This document shows, one piece after another, positions 1 to 15,000 of a stretch of DNA of 64,000 nucleotides. How positions within the stretch are numbered: the first letter of the stretch is position 1; every line of letters starts with the position of its first letter. The notes beneath the pieces were generated by a model, which worked only from the letters and a program-made list of their open reading frames with translations, did not search any database and was not told where the DNA came from. Source of the stretch: Hemiscyllium ocellatum (taxonomy: Eukaryota); assembly GCF_020745735.1 (NCBI RefSeq), contig NC_083435.1:2891905-2955904 (forward strand). Reading direction: 5' to 3'. The position numbers and the translations under genes are program-made.

Positions 1-3000
1 GTCTAACTGTAGTCTCTCTCTGTCTCTCCCTGGGCAGTGCTGAGGGATTACCCGATGGGACTGTCACACTGTCTAACTGTCGTCTCTCTCTCTCTCTCCT
101 GGGCAGTGCTGAGGGATTACCCGATGGGACTGTCACACTGTCTAACTGTAGTCTCTCTCTCTCTGGGCAGTGCTGAGGGATTACCCGATGGGACTGTCAC
201 ACTGTCTAACTGTAGTCTCTCTCTCTCTCTCTGGGCAGTGCTGAGGGATTACCCGATGGGACTGTCATACTGTCTAACTGTAGTCTCTCTCTCCCTGGGC
301 AGTGCTGAGGGATTACCCGATGGGACTGTCACACTGTCTAACTGTAGTCTCTCTCTCCCTGGGCAGTGCTGAGGGATTACCCGATGGGACTGTCACACTG
401 TCTAACTGTAGTCTCTCTCTCTCTCTCCCTGGGCAGTGCTGAGGGATTACCGATGGGACTGTCACACTGTCTATCTGTAGTCTCTCCCTCTCTCTGGGCA
501 GTGCTGAGGGATTACCCGATGGGACTGTCACACTGTCTAACTGTAGTCTCTCTCTCCCTGGGCAGTGCTGAGGGATTACCGATGGGACTGTCACACTGTC
601 TAACTGTAGTCTCTCTCTCCCTGGGCAGTGCTGAGGGATTACCCGATGGGACTGTCATACTGTCTAACTGTAGTCTCTCTCTCCCTGGCAGTGCTGAGGG
701 ATTACCCGATGGGACTGTCACACTGTCTAACTGTAGTCTCTCTCTCTCTCCCTGGGCAGTGCTGAGGGATTACCCGATGGGACTGTCACACTGTCTAACT
801 GTAGTCTCTCTCTCTCTCCCTGGGCAGTGCTGAGGGATTACCCGATGGGACTGTCACACTGTCTAACTGTAGTCTCTCTCTCCCTGGGCAGTGCTGAGGG
901 ATTACCCGATGGGACTGTCACACTGTCTAACTGTAGTCTCTCCCCCTGGGCAGTGCTGAGGGATTACCCGATGGGACTGCCACACTGTCTAACTGTAGTC
1001 TCTCTCTCTCTCCCTGGGCAGTGCTGAGGGATTACCCGATGGGACTGTCACACTGTCTAACTGTAGTCTCTCTCTCTCCCTGGGCAGTGCTGAGGGATTA
1101 CCCGATGGGACTGTCACACTAACTGTAGTCTCTCCCCCTGGGCAGTGCTGAGGGATTACCCGATGGGACTGTCACACTGTCTAACTGTCGTCTCTCTCTC
1201 TCTCTACCTGGGCAGTGCTGAGGGATTACCCGATGGGACTGTCACACTGTCTAACTGTCGTCTCTCTCTCTCTCTCCCTGGGCAGTGCTGAGGGATTACC
1301 CGATGGGACTGTCACACTGTCTAACTGTAGTCTCTCTCTCTCTACCTGGGCAGTGCTGAGGGATTACCCGATGGGACTGTCACACTGTCTAACTGTAGTC
1401 TCTCTCTCTCTCCCTGGGCAGTGCTGAGGGATTACCCGATGGGACTGTCACACTGTCTAACTGTAGTCTCCCCCCCTGGGCAGTGCTGAGGGATTACCCG
1501 ATGGGACTGTCACACTGTCTAACTGTATTCTCTCCCCCTGGGCAGTGCTGAGGGATTACCCGATGGGACTGTCACACTGTCTAACTGTAGTCTCTCTCTC
1601 TCTCTCCCTGGGCAGTGCTGAGGGATTACCCGATGGGACTGTCACACTGTCTAACTGTCGTCTCTCTCTCTCTCTCCCTGGGCAGTGCTGAGGGATTACC
1701 CGATGGGACTGTCACACTGTCTAACTGTCGTCTCTCTCTCTCTCTCCCTGGGCAGTGCTGAGGGATTACCCGATGGGACTGTCACACTGTCTAACTGTAG
1801 TCTCTCTCTCCCTGGGCAGTGCTGAGGGATTACCCGATGGGACTGTCACACTGTCTAACTGTAGTCTCTCTCTCTCTCTGGGCAGTGCTGAGGGATTACC
1901 CGATGGGACTGTCATACTGTCTATCTGTAGTCTCTCTCTCCCTGGCAGTGCTGAGGGATTACCCGATGGGACTGTCACACTGTCTAACTGTAGTCTGTCT
2001 CCCTGGGCAGTGCTGAGGGATTACCCGATGGGACTGTCATACTGTCTAACTGTAGTCTCTCTCTCCCTGGGCAGTGCTGAGGGATTACCCGATGGGACTG
2101 TCACACTGTCTAACTGTAGTCTCTCTCTCTCTCTCTGGGCAGTGCTGAGGGATTACCCGATGGGACTGTAATACTGTCTAACTGTAGTCTCTCTCTCCCT
2201 GGGCAGTGCTGAGGGATTACCCGATGGGACTGTCACACTGTCTAACTGTAGTCTCTCTCTCTCTACCTGGGCAGTGCTGAGGGATTACCCGATGGGACTG
2301 TCACACTGTCTAACTGTAGTCTCTCTCTCTCCCCTGGGCAGTGCTGAGGGATTACCCGATGGGACTGTCACACTGTCTAACTGTAGTCTCCCCCCCTGGG
2401 CAGTGCTGAGGGATTACCCGATGGGACTGTCACACTGTCTAACTGTATTCTCTCCCCCTGGGCAGTGCTGAGGGATTACCCGATGGGACTGTCACACTGT
2501 CTAACTGTAGTCTCTCTCTCTCTCTCCCTGGGCAGTGCTGAGGGATTACCCGATGGGACTGTCACACTGTCTAACTGTAGTCTCTCTCTCTCTCTCCCTG
2601 GGCAGTGCTGAGGGATTACCCGATGGGACTGTCACACTGTCTAACTGTCGTCTCTCTCTCTCTCTCCCTGGGCAGTGCTGAGGGATTACCCGATGGGACT
2701 GTCACACTGTCTAACTGTAGTCTCTCTCTCCCTGGGCAGTGCTGAGGGATTACCCGATGGGACTGTCACACTGTCTAACTGTAGTCTCTCTCTCTCTCTC
2801 TGGCAGTGCTGAGGGATTACCCGATGGGACTGTCATACTGTCTATCTGTAGTCTCTCTCTCCCTGGGCAGTGCTGAGGGATTACCCGATGGGACTGTCAC
2901 ACTGTCTAACTGTAGTCTGTCTCCCTGGGCAGTGCTGAGGGATTACCCGATGGGACTGTCATACTGTCTAACTGTAGTCTCTCTCTCCCTGGGCAGTGCT

Positions 3001-6000
3001 GAGGGATTACCCGATGGGACTGTCACACTGTCTAACTGTAGTCTCTCTCTCTCTCCCTGGGCAGTGCTGAGGGATTACCCGATGGGACTGTCACACTGTC
3101 TAACTGTAGTCTCTCTCTCTCTCCCTGGGCAGTGCTGAGGGATTACCCGATGGGACTGTCACACTGTCTAACTGTAGTCTCTCTCTCCCTGGGCAGTGCT
3201 GAGGGATTACCCGATGGGACTGTCACACTGTCTAACTGTAGTCTCTCTCTCCCTGGGCAGTGCTGAGGGATTACCCGATGGGACTGTCACACTGTCTAAC
3301 TGTAGTCTCTCTCTCTCTCCCTGGACAGTGCTGAGGGATTATCCGATGGGACTGTCACACTGTCTAACTGTAGTCTCTCTCCCTGGGCAGTGCTGAGGGA
3401 TTACCCGATGGGACTGTCACACTGTCTAACTGTAGTCTCTCTCTCTCCCTGGTCAGTGCTGAGGGATTACCGATGGGACTGTCACACTGTCTAACTGTAG
3501 TCTCTCTCTCCCTGGGCAGTGCTGAGGGATTACCCGATGGGACTGTCACACTGTCTAACTGTAGTCTCTCTCTCTCTCCCTGGGCAGTGCTGAGGGATTA
3601 CCCGATGGGACTGTCACACTGTCTAACTATAGTCTCTCTCTCTCCCTGGACAGTGCTGAGGAATTACCCGATGGGACTGTCACACTGTCTAACTGTAGTC
3701 TCTCTCTCTCCCCTGGGCAGTGCTGAGGGATTACCCGATGGGACTGTCACACTGTCTAACTGTAGTCTCTCTCTCTCCCTGGACAGTGCTGAGGGATTAC
3801 CCGATGGGACTGTCACACTGTCTAACTGTAGTCTCTCTCCCCCTGGGCAGTGCTGACGGATTACCCGATGGGACTGTCACACTGTCTAACTGTAGTCTCT
3901 CTCTCTCCCTGGGCAGTGCTGAGGGATTACCCGATGGGACTGTCACACTGTCTAACTGTAGAACTGTAGTCTCTCTCTCCCCCTGGGCAGTGCTGAGAGA
4001 TTACCCGATGGGACTGTCACACTGTCTAACTGTAGTCTCTCTCTCCCTGGGCAGTGCTGAGGGATTACCCGATGGGACTGCCACACTGTCTAACTGTAGT
4101 CTCTCTCTCCCTGGACAGTGCTGAGGGATTACCCGATGGGACTGTCACACTGTCTAACTGTAGTCTCTCTCTCCCTGGGCAGTGCTGAGGGATTACCCGA
4201 TGGGACTGTCACACTGTCTAACTGTAGTCTCTCTCTCTCCCTGGGCAGTGCTGAGGGATTACCCGATGGGACTGTCACACTGTCTAACTGTAGAACTGTA
4301 GTCTCTCTCTCCCCCTGGGCAGTGCTGAGAGATTACCCGATGGGACTGTCACACTGTCTAACTGTAGTCTCTCTCTCCCTGGCAGTGCTGAGGGATTACC
4401 CGATGGGACTGTCACACTGTCTAACTGTAGTCTCTCTCCCTGGGCAGTGCTGAGGGATTACCCGATGGGACTGTCACACTGTCTAACTGTAGTCTCTCTC
4501 TCTCCCTGGTCAGTGCTGAGGTATTATCCGATGGGACTGTCACACTGTCTAACTGTAGTCTCTCTCTCCCTGGGCAGTGCTGAGGGATTACCCGATGGGA
4601 CTGTCACACTGTCTAACTGTAGTCTCTCTCTCTCTCCCTGGGCAGTGCTGAGGGATTACCCGATGGGACTGTCACACTGACTAACTATAGTCTCTCTCTC
4701 TCCCTGGACAGTGCTGAGGGATTACCCGATGGGACTGTCACACTGTCTAACTGTAGTCTCTCTCTCTCCCCCTGGGCAGTGCTGAGGGATTACCCGATGG
4801 GACTGTCACACTGTCTAACTGTAGTCTCTCTCTCTCCCTGGACAGTGCTGAGGGATTACCCGATGGGACTGTCACACTGTCTAACTGTAGTCTCTCTCCC
4901 CCTGGGCAGTGCTGAGGGATTACCCGATGGGACTGTCACACTGTCTAACTGTAGTCTCTCTCTCTCCCTGGGCAGTGCTGAGGGATTACCCGATGGGACT
5001 GTCACACTGTCTAACTGTAGAACTGTAGTCTCTCTCTCCCCCTGGGCAGTGCTGAGAGATTACCCGATGGGACTGTCACACTGTCTAACTGTAGTCTCTC
5101 TCTCCCTGGGCAGTGCTGAGGGATTACCCGATGGGACTGCCACACTGTCTAACTGTAGTCTCTCTCTCCCTGGATAGTGCTGAGGGATTACCCGATGGGA
5201 CTGTCACACTGTCTAACTGTAGTCTCTCTCTCCCTGGGCAGTGCTGAGGGATTACCCGATGGGACTGTCACACTGTCTAACTGTAGTCTCTCTCTCCCTG
5301 GCAGTGCTGAGGGATTACCCGATGGGACTGTCACACTGTCTAACTGTAGTCTCTCTCTCTCTCCCTGGGCAGTGCTGAGGGATTACCCGATGGGACTGTC
5401 ACACTGTCTAACTGTAGTCTCTCTCCCTGGGCAGTGCTGAGGGATTACCCGATGGGACTGCCACACTGTCTAACTGTAGTCTCTCTCTCTCCCTGGGCAG
5501 TGCTGAGGGATTACCCGATGGGACTGTCACACTGTCTAACTGTAGAACTGTAGTCTCTCTCTCCCCTGGGCAGTGCTGAGAGATTACCCGATGGGACTGT
5601 CACACTGTCTTACTGTAGTCTCTCTCTCTCTCTGGGCAGTGCTGAGGGATTACCCGATGGGACTGTCACACTGTCTAACTGTAGTCTCTCCCCCTGGACA
5701 GTGCTGAGGGATTACCCGATGGGACTGTCACACTGTCTAACTGTAGTCTCTCTCTCTCTCTGGGCAGTGCTGAGGGATTACCCGATGGGACTGTCACACT
5801 GTCTAACTGTAGTCTCTCTCTCTCTCTGGGCAGTGCTGAGGGATTACCCGATGGGACTGTCACACTGTCTCACTGTAGTCTCTCTCTCCCTGGGCAGTGC
5901 TGAGGCATTACCCGATGGGACTGTCACACTGTCTAACTGTAGTCTCCCTCTCTCCCTGGGCAGTGCTGAGGGATTACCCGATGGGACTGTCACACTGTCT

Positions 6001-9000
6001 AACTGTAGTCTCTCTCTCCCTGGGCAGTGCTGAGGGATTACCCGATGGGACTGTCACACTGTCTAACTGTAGTCTCTCTCTCTCTCCTGGGCAGTGCTGA
6101 GGGATTATCCGATGGGACTGTCACACTGTCTAACTGTAGTCTCTCTCCCTGGGCAGTGCTGAGGGATTACCCGATGGGACTGTCACACTGTCTAACTGTA
6201 GTCTCTCTCTCCCTGGGCAGTGCTGAGGGATTACCCGATGGGACTGTCACACTGTCTAACTGTAGTCTCTCTCTCTCTCCCTGGGCAGTGCTGAGGGATT
6301 ACCCGATGGGACTGTCACACTGTCTAACTGTAGTCTCTCTCTCTCTCCCTGGGCAGTGCTGAGGGATTACCCGATGGGACTGTCACACTGTCTAACTGTA
6401 GTCTCTCTCTCTCTCTCTCTGGGCAGTGCTGAGGGATTACCCGATGGGACTGTCACACTGTCTAACTGTAGTCTCTCTCTCTCTCTGGGCAGTGCTGAGG
6501 GATTACCCGATGGGACTGTCACACTGTCTAACTGTAGTCTCTCCCCCCTGGGCAGTGCTGAGGGATTACCCGATGGGACTGCCACACTGTCTAACTGTAG
6601 TCTCTCTCTCTCTCCTGGGCAGTGCTGAGGGATTACCCGATGGGACTGTCACACTGTCTAACTGTAGTCTCTCTCACTGGGCAGTGCTGAGGGATTACCC
6701 GATGGGACTGTCACACTGTCTAACTGTAGTCTCTCTCTCTCTCCCTGGGCAGTGCTGAGGGATTACCCGATGGGACTGTCACACTGTCTAACTGTAGTCT
6801 CTCTCTCTCTCCCTGGGCAGTGCTGAGGGATTACCCGATGGGACTGTCACACTGTCTAACTGTAGTCTCTCCCCCTGGGCAGTGCTGAGGGATTACCCGA
6901 TGGGACTGTCACACTATCTAACTGTAGTCTCTCCCCCTGGGCAGTGCTGAGGGATTACCCGATGGGACTGTCACACTGTCTAACTGTCGTCTGTCTCTCT
7001 CTCTCCCTGGGCAGTGCTAAGGGATTACCCGATGGGACTGTCACACTGTCTAACTGTAGTCTCTCTCTCCCTGGCAGTGCTGAGGGATTACCCGATGGGA
7101 CTGTCACACTGTCTAACTGTAGTCTCTCTCTCTCTCTCCCTGGGCAGTGCTGAGGGATTACCCGATGGGACTGTCACACTGTCTAACTGTAGTCTCTCTC
7201 TCTCTCCCTGGGCAGTGCTGAGGGATTACCCGATGGGACTGTCACACTGTCTAACTGTAGTCTCTCCCCCTGGGCAGTGCTGAGGGATTACCCGATGGGA
7301 CTGTCACACTGTCTAACTGTATTCTCTCCCCCTGGGCAGTGCTGAGGGATTACCCGATGGGACTGTCACACTGTCTAACTGTAGTCTCTCTCTCTCTCTC
7401 CCTGGGCAGTGCTGAGGGATTACCCGATGGGACTGTCACACTGTCTAACTGTAGTCTCTCTCTCTCTCTGGGCAGTGCTGAGGGATTACCCGATGGGACT
7501 GTCACACTGTCTAACTGTAGTCTCTCTCTCCCTGGGCAGTGCTGAGGGATTACCCGATGGGACTGTCACACTGTCTAACTGTAGTCTGTCTCTCCCTGGG
7601 CAGTGCTGAGGAATTACCTGATGGGACTGTCACACTGTCTAACTGTAGTCTCTCTCTCTCTCCCTGGGCAGTGCTGAGGGATTACCCGATGGGACTGTCA
7701 CACTGTCTAACTGTAGTCTCTCTCTCTCTCCCTGGGCAGTGCTGAGGGATTACCCGATGGGACTGTCACACTGTCTAACTGTAGTCTCTCTCTCCCTGGG
7801 CAGTGCTGAGGGATTACCCGATGGGACTGTCACACTGTCTAACTGTATTCTCTCCCCCTGGGCAGTGCTGAGGGATTACCCGATGGGACTGTCACACTGT
7901 CTAACTGTCGTCTCTCTCTCTCTCTCCCTGGGCAGTGCTGAGGGATTACCCGATGGGACTGTCACACTGTCTAACTGTCGTCTCTCTCTCTCTCTCCCTG
8001 GGCAGTGCTGAGGGATTACCCGATGGGACTGTCACACTGTCTAACTGTAGTCTCTCTCTCCCTGGGCAGTGCTGAGGGATTACCCGATGGGACTGCCACA
8101 CTGTCTAACTGTAGTCTCTCTCTCTCTCTGGGCAGTGCTGAGGGATTACCCGATGGGACTGTCATACTGTCTAACTGTAGTCTCTCTCTCCCTGGGCAGT
8201 GCTGAGGGATTACCCGATGGGACTGTCACACTGTCTAACTGTAGTCTGTCTCCCTGGGCAGTGCTGAGGGATTACCCGATGGGACTGTCATACTGTCTAA
8301 CTGTAGTCTCTCTCTCCCTGGGCAGTGCTGAGGGATTACCCGATGGGACTGTCACACTGTCTAACTGTAGTCTCTCTCTCTCTCCCTGGGCAGTGCTGAG
8401 GGATTACCCGATGGGACTGTCACACTGTCTAACTGTAGTCTCTCTCTCTCTCCCTGGGCAGTGCTGAGGGATTACCCGATGGGACTGTCACACTGTCTAA
8501 CTGTAGTCTCTCTCTCCCTGGGCAGTGCTGAGGGATTACCCGATGGGACTGTCACACTGTCTAACTGTAGTCTCTCTCTCCCTGGGCAGTGCTGAGGGAT
8601 TACCCGATGGGACTGTCACACTGTCTAACTGTAGTCTCTCTCTCTCTCCCTGGACAGTGCTGAGGGATTATCCGATGGGACTGTCACACTGTCTAACTGT
8701 AGTCTCTCTCCCTGGGCAGTGCTGAGGGATTACCCGATGGGACTGTCACACTGTCTAACTGTAGTCTCTCTCTCTCCCTGGTCAGTGCTGAGGGATTATC
8801 CGATGGGACTGTCACACTGTCTAACTGTAGTCTCTCTCTCCCTGGGCAGTGCTGAGGGATTACCCGATGGGACTGTCACACTGTCTAACTGTAGTCTCTC
8901 TCTCTCTCCCTGGGCAGTGCTGAGGGATTACCCGATGGGACTGTCACACTGTCTAACTATAGTCTCTCTCTCTCCCTGGACAGTGCTGAGGGATTACCCG

Positions 9001-12000
9001 ATGGGACTGTCACACTGTCTAACTGTAGTCTCTCTCTCTCTCCCCTGGGCAGTGCTGAGGGATTACCCGATGGGACTGTCACACTGTCTAACTGTAGTCT
9101 CTCTCTCCCTGGGCAGTGCTGAGGGATTACCCGATGGGACTGCCACACTGTCTAACTGTAGTCTCTCTCTCCCTGGACAGTGCTGAGGGATTACCCGATG
9201 GGACTGTCACACTGTCTAACTGTAGTCTCTCTCTCCCTGGGCAGTGCTGAGGGATTACCCGATGGGACTGTCACACTGTCTAACTGTAGTCTCTCTCTCC
9301 CTGGGCAGTGCTGAGGGATTACCCGATGGGACTGTCACACAGTCTAACTGTAGTCTCTCTCTCTCCCTGGGCAGTGCTGAGGGATTACCCGATGGGACTG
9401 TCACACTGTCTAACTGTAGAACTGTAGTCTCTCTCTCCCCCTGGGCAGTGCTGAGAGATTACCCGATGGGACTGTCACACTGTCTAACTGTAGTCTCTCT
9501 CTCCCTGGGCAGTGCTGAGGGATTACCCGATGGGACTGTCACACTGTCTAACTGTAGTCTCTCTCCCTGGGCAGTGCTGAGGGATTACCCGATGGGACTG
9601 TCACACTGTCTAACTGTAGTCTCTCTCTCTCCCTGGTCAGTGCTGAGGTATTATCCGATGGGACTGTCACACTGTCTAACTGTAGTCTCTCTCTCCCTGG
9701 GCAGTGCTGAGGGATTACCCGATGGGACTGTCACACTGTCTAACTGTAGTCTCTCTCTCTCTCCATGGGCAGTGCTGAGGGATTACCCGATGGGACTGTC
9801 ACACTGTCTAACTATAGTCTCTCTCTCTCCCTGGACAGTGCTGAGGGATTACCCGATGGGACTGTCACACTGTCTAACTGTAGTCTCTCTCTCTCCCCCT
9901 GGGCAGTGCTGAGGGATTACCCGATGGGACTGTCACACTGTCTAACTGTAGTCTCTCTCTCTCCCTGGACAGTGCTGAGGGATTACCCGATGGGACTGTC
10001 ACACTGTCTAACTGTAGTCTCTCTCCCCCTGGGCAGTGCTGAGGGATTACCCGATGGGACTGTCACACTGTCTAACTGTAGTCTCTCTCTCTCCCTGGGC
10101 AGTGCTGAGGGATTACCCGATGGGACTGTCACACTGTCTAACTGTAGAACTGTAGTCTCTCTCTCCCCCTGGGCAGTGCTGAGAGATTACCCGATGGGAC
10201 TGTCACACTGTCTAACTGTAGTCTCTCTCTCCCTGGGCAGTGCTGAGGGATTACCCGATGGGACTGCCACACTGTCTAACTGTAGTCTCTCTCTCCCTGG
10301 ATAGTGCTGAGGGATTACCCGATGGGACTGTCACACTGTCTAACTGTAGTCTCTCTCTCCCTGGGCAGTGCTGAGGGATTACCCGATGGGACTGTCACAC
10401 TGTCTAACTGTAGTCTCTCTCTCCCTGGGCAGTGCTGAGGGATTACCCGATGGGACTGTCACACAGTCTAACTGTAGTCTCTCTCTCTCCCTGGGCAGTG
10501 CTGAGGGATTACCCGATGGGACTGTCACACTGTCTAACTGTAGAACTGTAGTCTCTCTCTCCCCCTGGGCAGTGCTGAGAGATTACCCGATGGGACTGTC
10601 ACACTGTCTTACTGTAGTCTCTCTCTCTCTCTGGGCAGTGCTGAGGGATTACCCGATGGGACTGTCACACTGTCTAACTGTAGTCTCTCTCTCTCTCTCC
10701 CTGGGCAGTGCTGAGGGATTACCCGATGGGACTGTCACACTGTCTAACTGTAGTCTCTCCCTCTCTCTGGGCAGTGCTGAGGGATTACCCGATGGGACTG
10801 TCACACTGTCTAACTGTAGTCTCTCTCTCCCTGGGCAGTGCTGAGGGATTACCCGATGGGACTGTCACACTGTCTAACTGTAGTCTCTCTCTCCCTGGGC
10901 AGTGCTGAGGCATTACCCGATGGGACTGTCACACTGTCTAACTGTAGTCTCCCTCTCTCCCTGGGCAGTGCTGAGGGATTACCCGATGGGACTGTCACAC
11001 TGTCTAACTGTAGTCTCTCTCTCCCTGGGCAGTGCTGAGGGATTACCCGATGGGACTGTCACACTGTCTAACTGTAGGCTCTCTCTCTCTCTGGACAGTG
11101 CTGAGGGATTATCCGATGGGACTGTCACACTGTCTAACTGTAGTCTCTCTCCCTGGGCAGTGCTGAGGGATTACCCGATGGGACTGTCACACTGTCTAAC
11201 TGTAGTCTCTCTCTCCCTGGGCAGTGCTGAGGGATTACCCGATGGGACTGTCACACTGTCTAACTGTAGTCTCTCTCTCTCTCCCTGGGCAGTGCTGAGG
11301 GATTACCCGATGGGACTGTCACACTGTCTAACTGTAGTCTCTCTCTCTCTCCCTGGGCAGTGCTGAGGGATTACCCGATGGGACTGTCACACTGTCTAAC
11401 TGTAGTCTCTCTCTCCCTGGGCAGTGCTGAGGGATTACCCGATGGGACTGTCACACTGTCTAACTGTAGTCTCTCCCCCTGGGCAGTGCTGAGGGAATAC
11501 CCGATGGGACTGCCACACTGTCTAACTGTAGTCTCTCTCTCTCTCCCTGGGCAGTGCTGAGGGATTACCCGATGGGACTGTCACACTGTCTAACTGTAGT
11601 CTCTCTCACTGGGCACTGCTGAGGGATTACCCGATGGGACTGTCACACTGTCTAACTGTAGTCTCTCTCTCCCTGGGCAGTGCTGAGGGATTACCCGATG
11701 GGACTGTCACACTGTCTAACTGTAGTCTCTCTCTCCCTGGGCAGTGCTGAGGGATTACCCGATGGAACTGTCACACTGTCTAACTGTAGTCTCTCTCTCT
11801 CTCCCTGGGCAGTGCTGAGGGATTACCCGATGGGACTGTCACACTGTCTAACTGTAGTCTCTCCCCCTGGGCAGTGCTGAGGGATTACCCGATGGGACTG
11901 TCACACTATCTAACTGTAGTCTCTCCCCCTGGGCAGTGCTGAGGGATTACCCGATGGGACTGTCACACTGTCTAACTGTCGTCTCTCTCTCTCTCTCCCT

Positions 12001-15000
12001 GGGCAGTGCTGAGGGATTACCCGATGGGACTGTCACACTGTCTAACTGTAGTCTCTCTCTCTCTCTCTGGGCAGTGCTGAGGGATTACCCGATGGGACTG
12101 TCATACTGTCTAACTGTAGTCTCTCTCTCCCTGGCAGTGCTGAGGGATTACCCGATGGGACTGTCACACTGTCTAACTGTAGTCTCTCTCTCTCTCTCCC
12201 TGGGCAGTGCTGAGGGATTACCCGATGGGACTGTCACACTGTCTAACTGTAGTCTCTCTCTCTCTCCCTGGGCAGTGCTGAGGGATTACCCGATGGGACT
12301 GTCACACTGTCTAACTGTAGTCTCTCCCCCTGGGCAGTGCTGAGGGATTACCCGATGGGACTGTCACACTGTCTAACTGTATTCTCTCCCCCTGGGCAGT
12401 GCTGAGGGATTACCCGATGGGACTGTCACACTGTCTAACTGTAGTCTCTCTCTCTCTCTCCCTGGGCAGTGCTGAGGGATTACCCGATGGGACTGTCACA
12501 CTGTCTAACTGTAGTCTCTCTCTCCCTGGGCAGTGCTGAGGGATTACCCGATGGGACTGTCACACTGTCTAACTGTAGTCTCTCTCTCCCTGGGCAGTGC
12601 TGAGGGATTACCCGATGGGACTGTCACACTGTCTAACTGTAGTCTCTCTCTCCCTGGGCAGTGCTGAGGGATTACCCGATGGGACTGTCATACTGTCTAA
12701 CTGTAGTCTCTCTCTCCCTGGGCAGTGCTGAGGGATTACCCGATGGGAGTGTCACACTGTCTAACTGTAGTCTCTCTCTCTCTCCCTGGGCAGTGCTGAG
12801 GGATTACCCGATGGGACTGTCACACTGTCTAACTGTAGTCTCTCTCTCTCTCCCTGGGCAGTGCTGAGGGATTACCCGATGGGACTGTCACACTGTCTAA
12901 CTGTAGTCTCTCTCTCCCTGGGCAGTGCTGAGGGATTACCCGATGGGACTGTCACACTGTCTAACTGTAGTCTCTCCCCCTGGGCAGTGCTGAGGGATTA
13001 CCCGATGGGACTGTCACACTGTCTAACTGTAGTCTCTCTCTCTCCCTGGGCAGTGCTGAGGGATTACCCGATGGGACTGTCACACTGTCTAACTGTAGTC
13101 TCTCTCTCTCCCTGGGCAGTGCTGAGGGATTACCCGATGGGACTGTCACACTAACTGTAGTCTCTCCCCCTGGGCAGTGCTGAGGGATTACCCGATGGGA
13201 CTGTCACACTGTCTAACTGTAGTCTCTCTCTCTCTCTCCCTGGGCAGTGCTGAGGGATTACCCGATGGGACTGTCACACTGTCTAACTGTCGTCTCTCTC
13301 TCTCTCTCCCTCCCTGGGCAGTGCTGAGGGATTACCCGATGGGACTGTCACACTGTCTAACTGTAGTCTCTCTCTCTCTCTCTGGGCAGTGCTGAGGGAT
13401 TACCCGATGGGACTGTAATACTGTCTAACTGTAGTCTCTCTCTCCCTGGGCAGTGCTGAGGGATTACCCGATGGGACTGTCACACTGTCTAACTGTAGTC
13501 TCTCTCTCTCCCTGGGCAGTGCTGAGGGATTACCCGATGGGACTGTCACACTGTCTAACTGTAGTCTCTCTCTCTCTCCCTGGGCAGTGCTGAGGGATTA
13601 CCCGATGGGAGTGTCACACTGTCTAACTGTAGTCTCTCCCCCTGGGCAGTGCTGAGGGATTACCCGATGGGACTGTCACACTGTCTAACTGTATTCTCTC
13701 CCCCTGGGCAGTGCTGAGGGTTTACCCGATGGGACTGTCACACTGTCTAACTGTAGTCTCTCTCTCTCTCTCCCTGGGCAGTGCTGAGGGATTACCCGAT
13801 GGGACTGTCACACTGTCTAACTGTCGTCTCTCTCTCTCTCTCCCTGGGCAGTGCTGAGGGATTACCCGATGGGACTGTCACACTGTCTAACTGTAGTCTC
13901 TCTCTCTCCCTGGGCAGTGCTGAGGGATTACCCGATGGGACTGTCACACTGTCTAACTGTAGTCTCTCTCTCTCTCCCTGGGCAGTGCTGAGGGATTACC
14001 CGATGGGACTGTCACACTGTCTATCTGTAGTCTCTCTCTCTCTCCCTGGGCAGTGCTGAGGGATTACCCGATGGGACTGTCACACTGTCTAACTGTAGTC
14101 TCTCTCTCTCTCCCTGGGCAGTGCTGAGGGATTACCCGATGGGACTGTCACACTGTCTAACTGTAGTCTCTCTCTCCCTGGGCAGTGCTGAGGGATTACC
14201 CGATGGGACTGTCACACTGTCTAACTGTAGTCTCTCTCTCCCTGGGCAGTGCTGAGGGATTACCCGATGGGACTGTCACACTGTCTAACTGTAGTCTCTC
14301 TCTCTCTCCCTGGACAGTGCTGAGGGATTATCCGATGGGACTGTCACACTGTCTAACTGTAGTCTCTCTCCCTGGGCAGTGCTGAGGGATTACCCGATGG
14401 GACTGTCACACTGTCTAACTGTAGTCTCTCTCTCTCCCTGGTCAGTGCTGAGGGATTATCCGATGGGACTGTCACACTGTCTAACTGTAGTCTCTCTCTC
14501 CCTGGGCAGTGCTGAGGGATTACCCGATGGGACTGTCACACTGTCTAACTGTAGTCTCTCTCTCTCTCCCTGGGCAGTGCTGAGGGATTACCCGATGGGA
14601 CTGTCACACTGTCTAACTATAGTCTCTCTCTCTCCCTGGACAGTGCTGAGGGATTACCCGATGGGACTGTCACACTGTCTAACTGTAGTCTCTCTCTCTC
14701 CCCCTGGGCAGTGCTGAGGGATTACCCGATGGGACTGTCACACTGTCTAACTGTAGTCTCTCTCTCTCCCTGGACAGTGCTGAGGGATCACCCGATGGGA
14801 CTGTCACACTGTCTAACTGTAGTCTCTCTCTCTCCCCCTGGGCAGTGCTGAGGGATTACCCGATGGGACTGTCACACTGTCTAACTGTAGTCTCTCTCTC
14901 TCCCCCTGGGCAGTGCTGAGGGATTACCCGATGGGACTGTCACACTGTCTAACTGTAGTCTCTCTCTCCCTGGGCAGTGCTGAGGGATTACCCGATGGGA

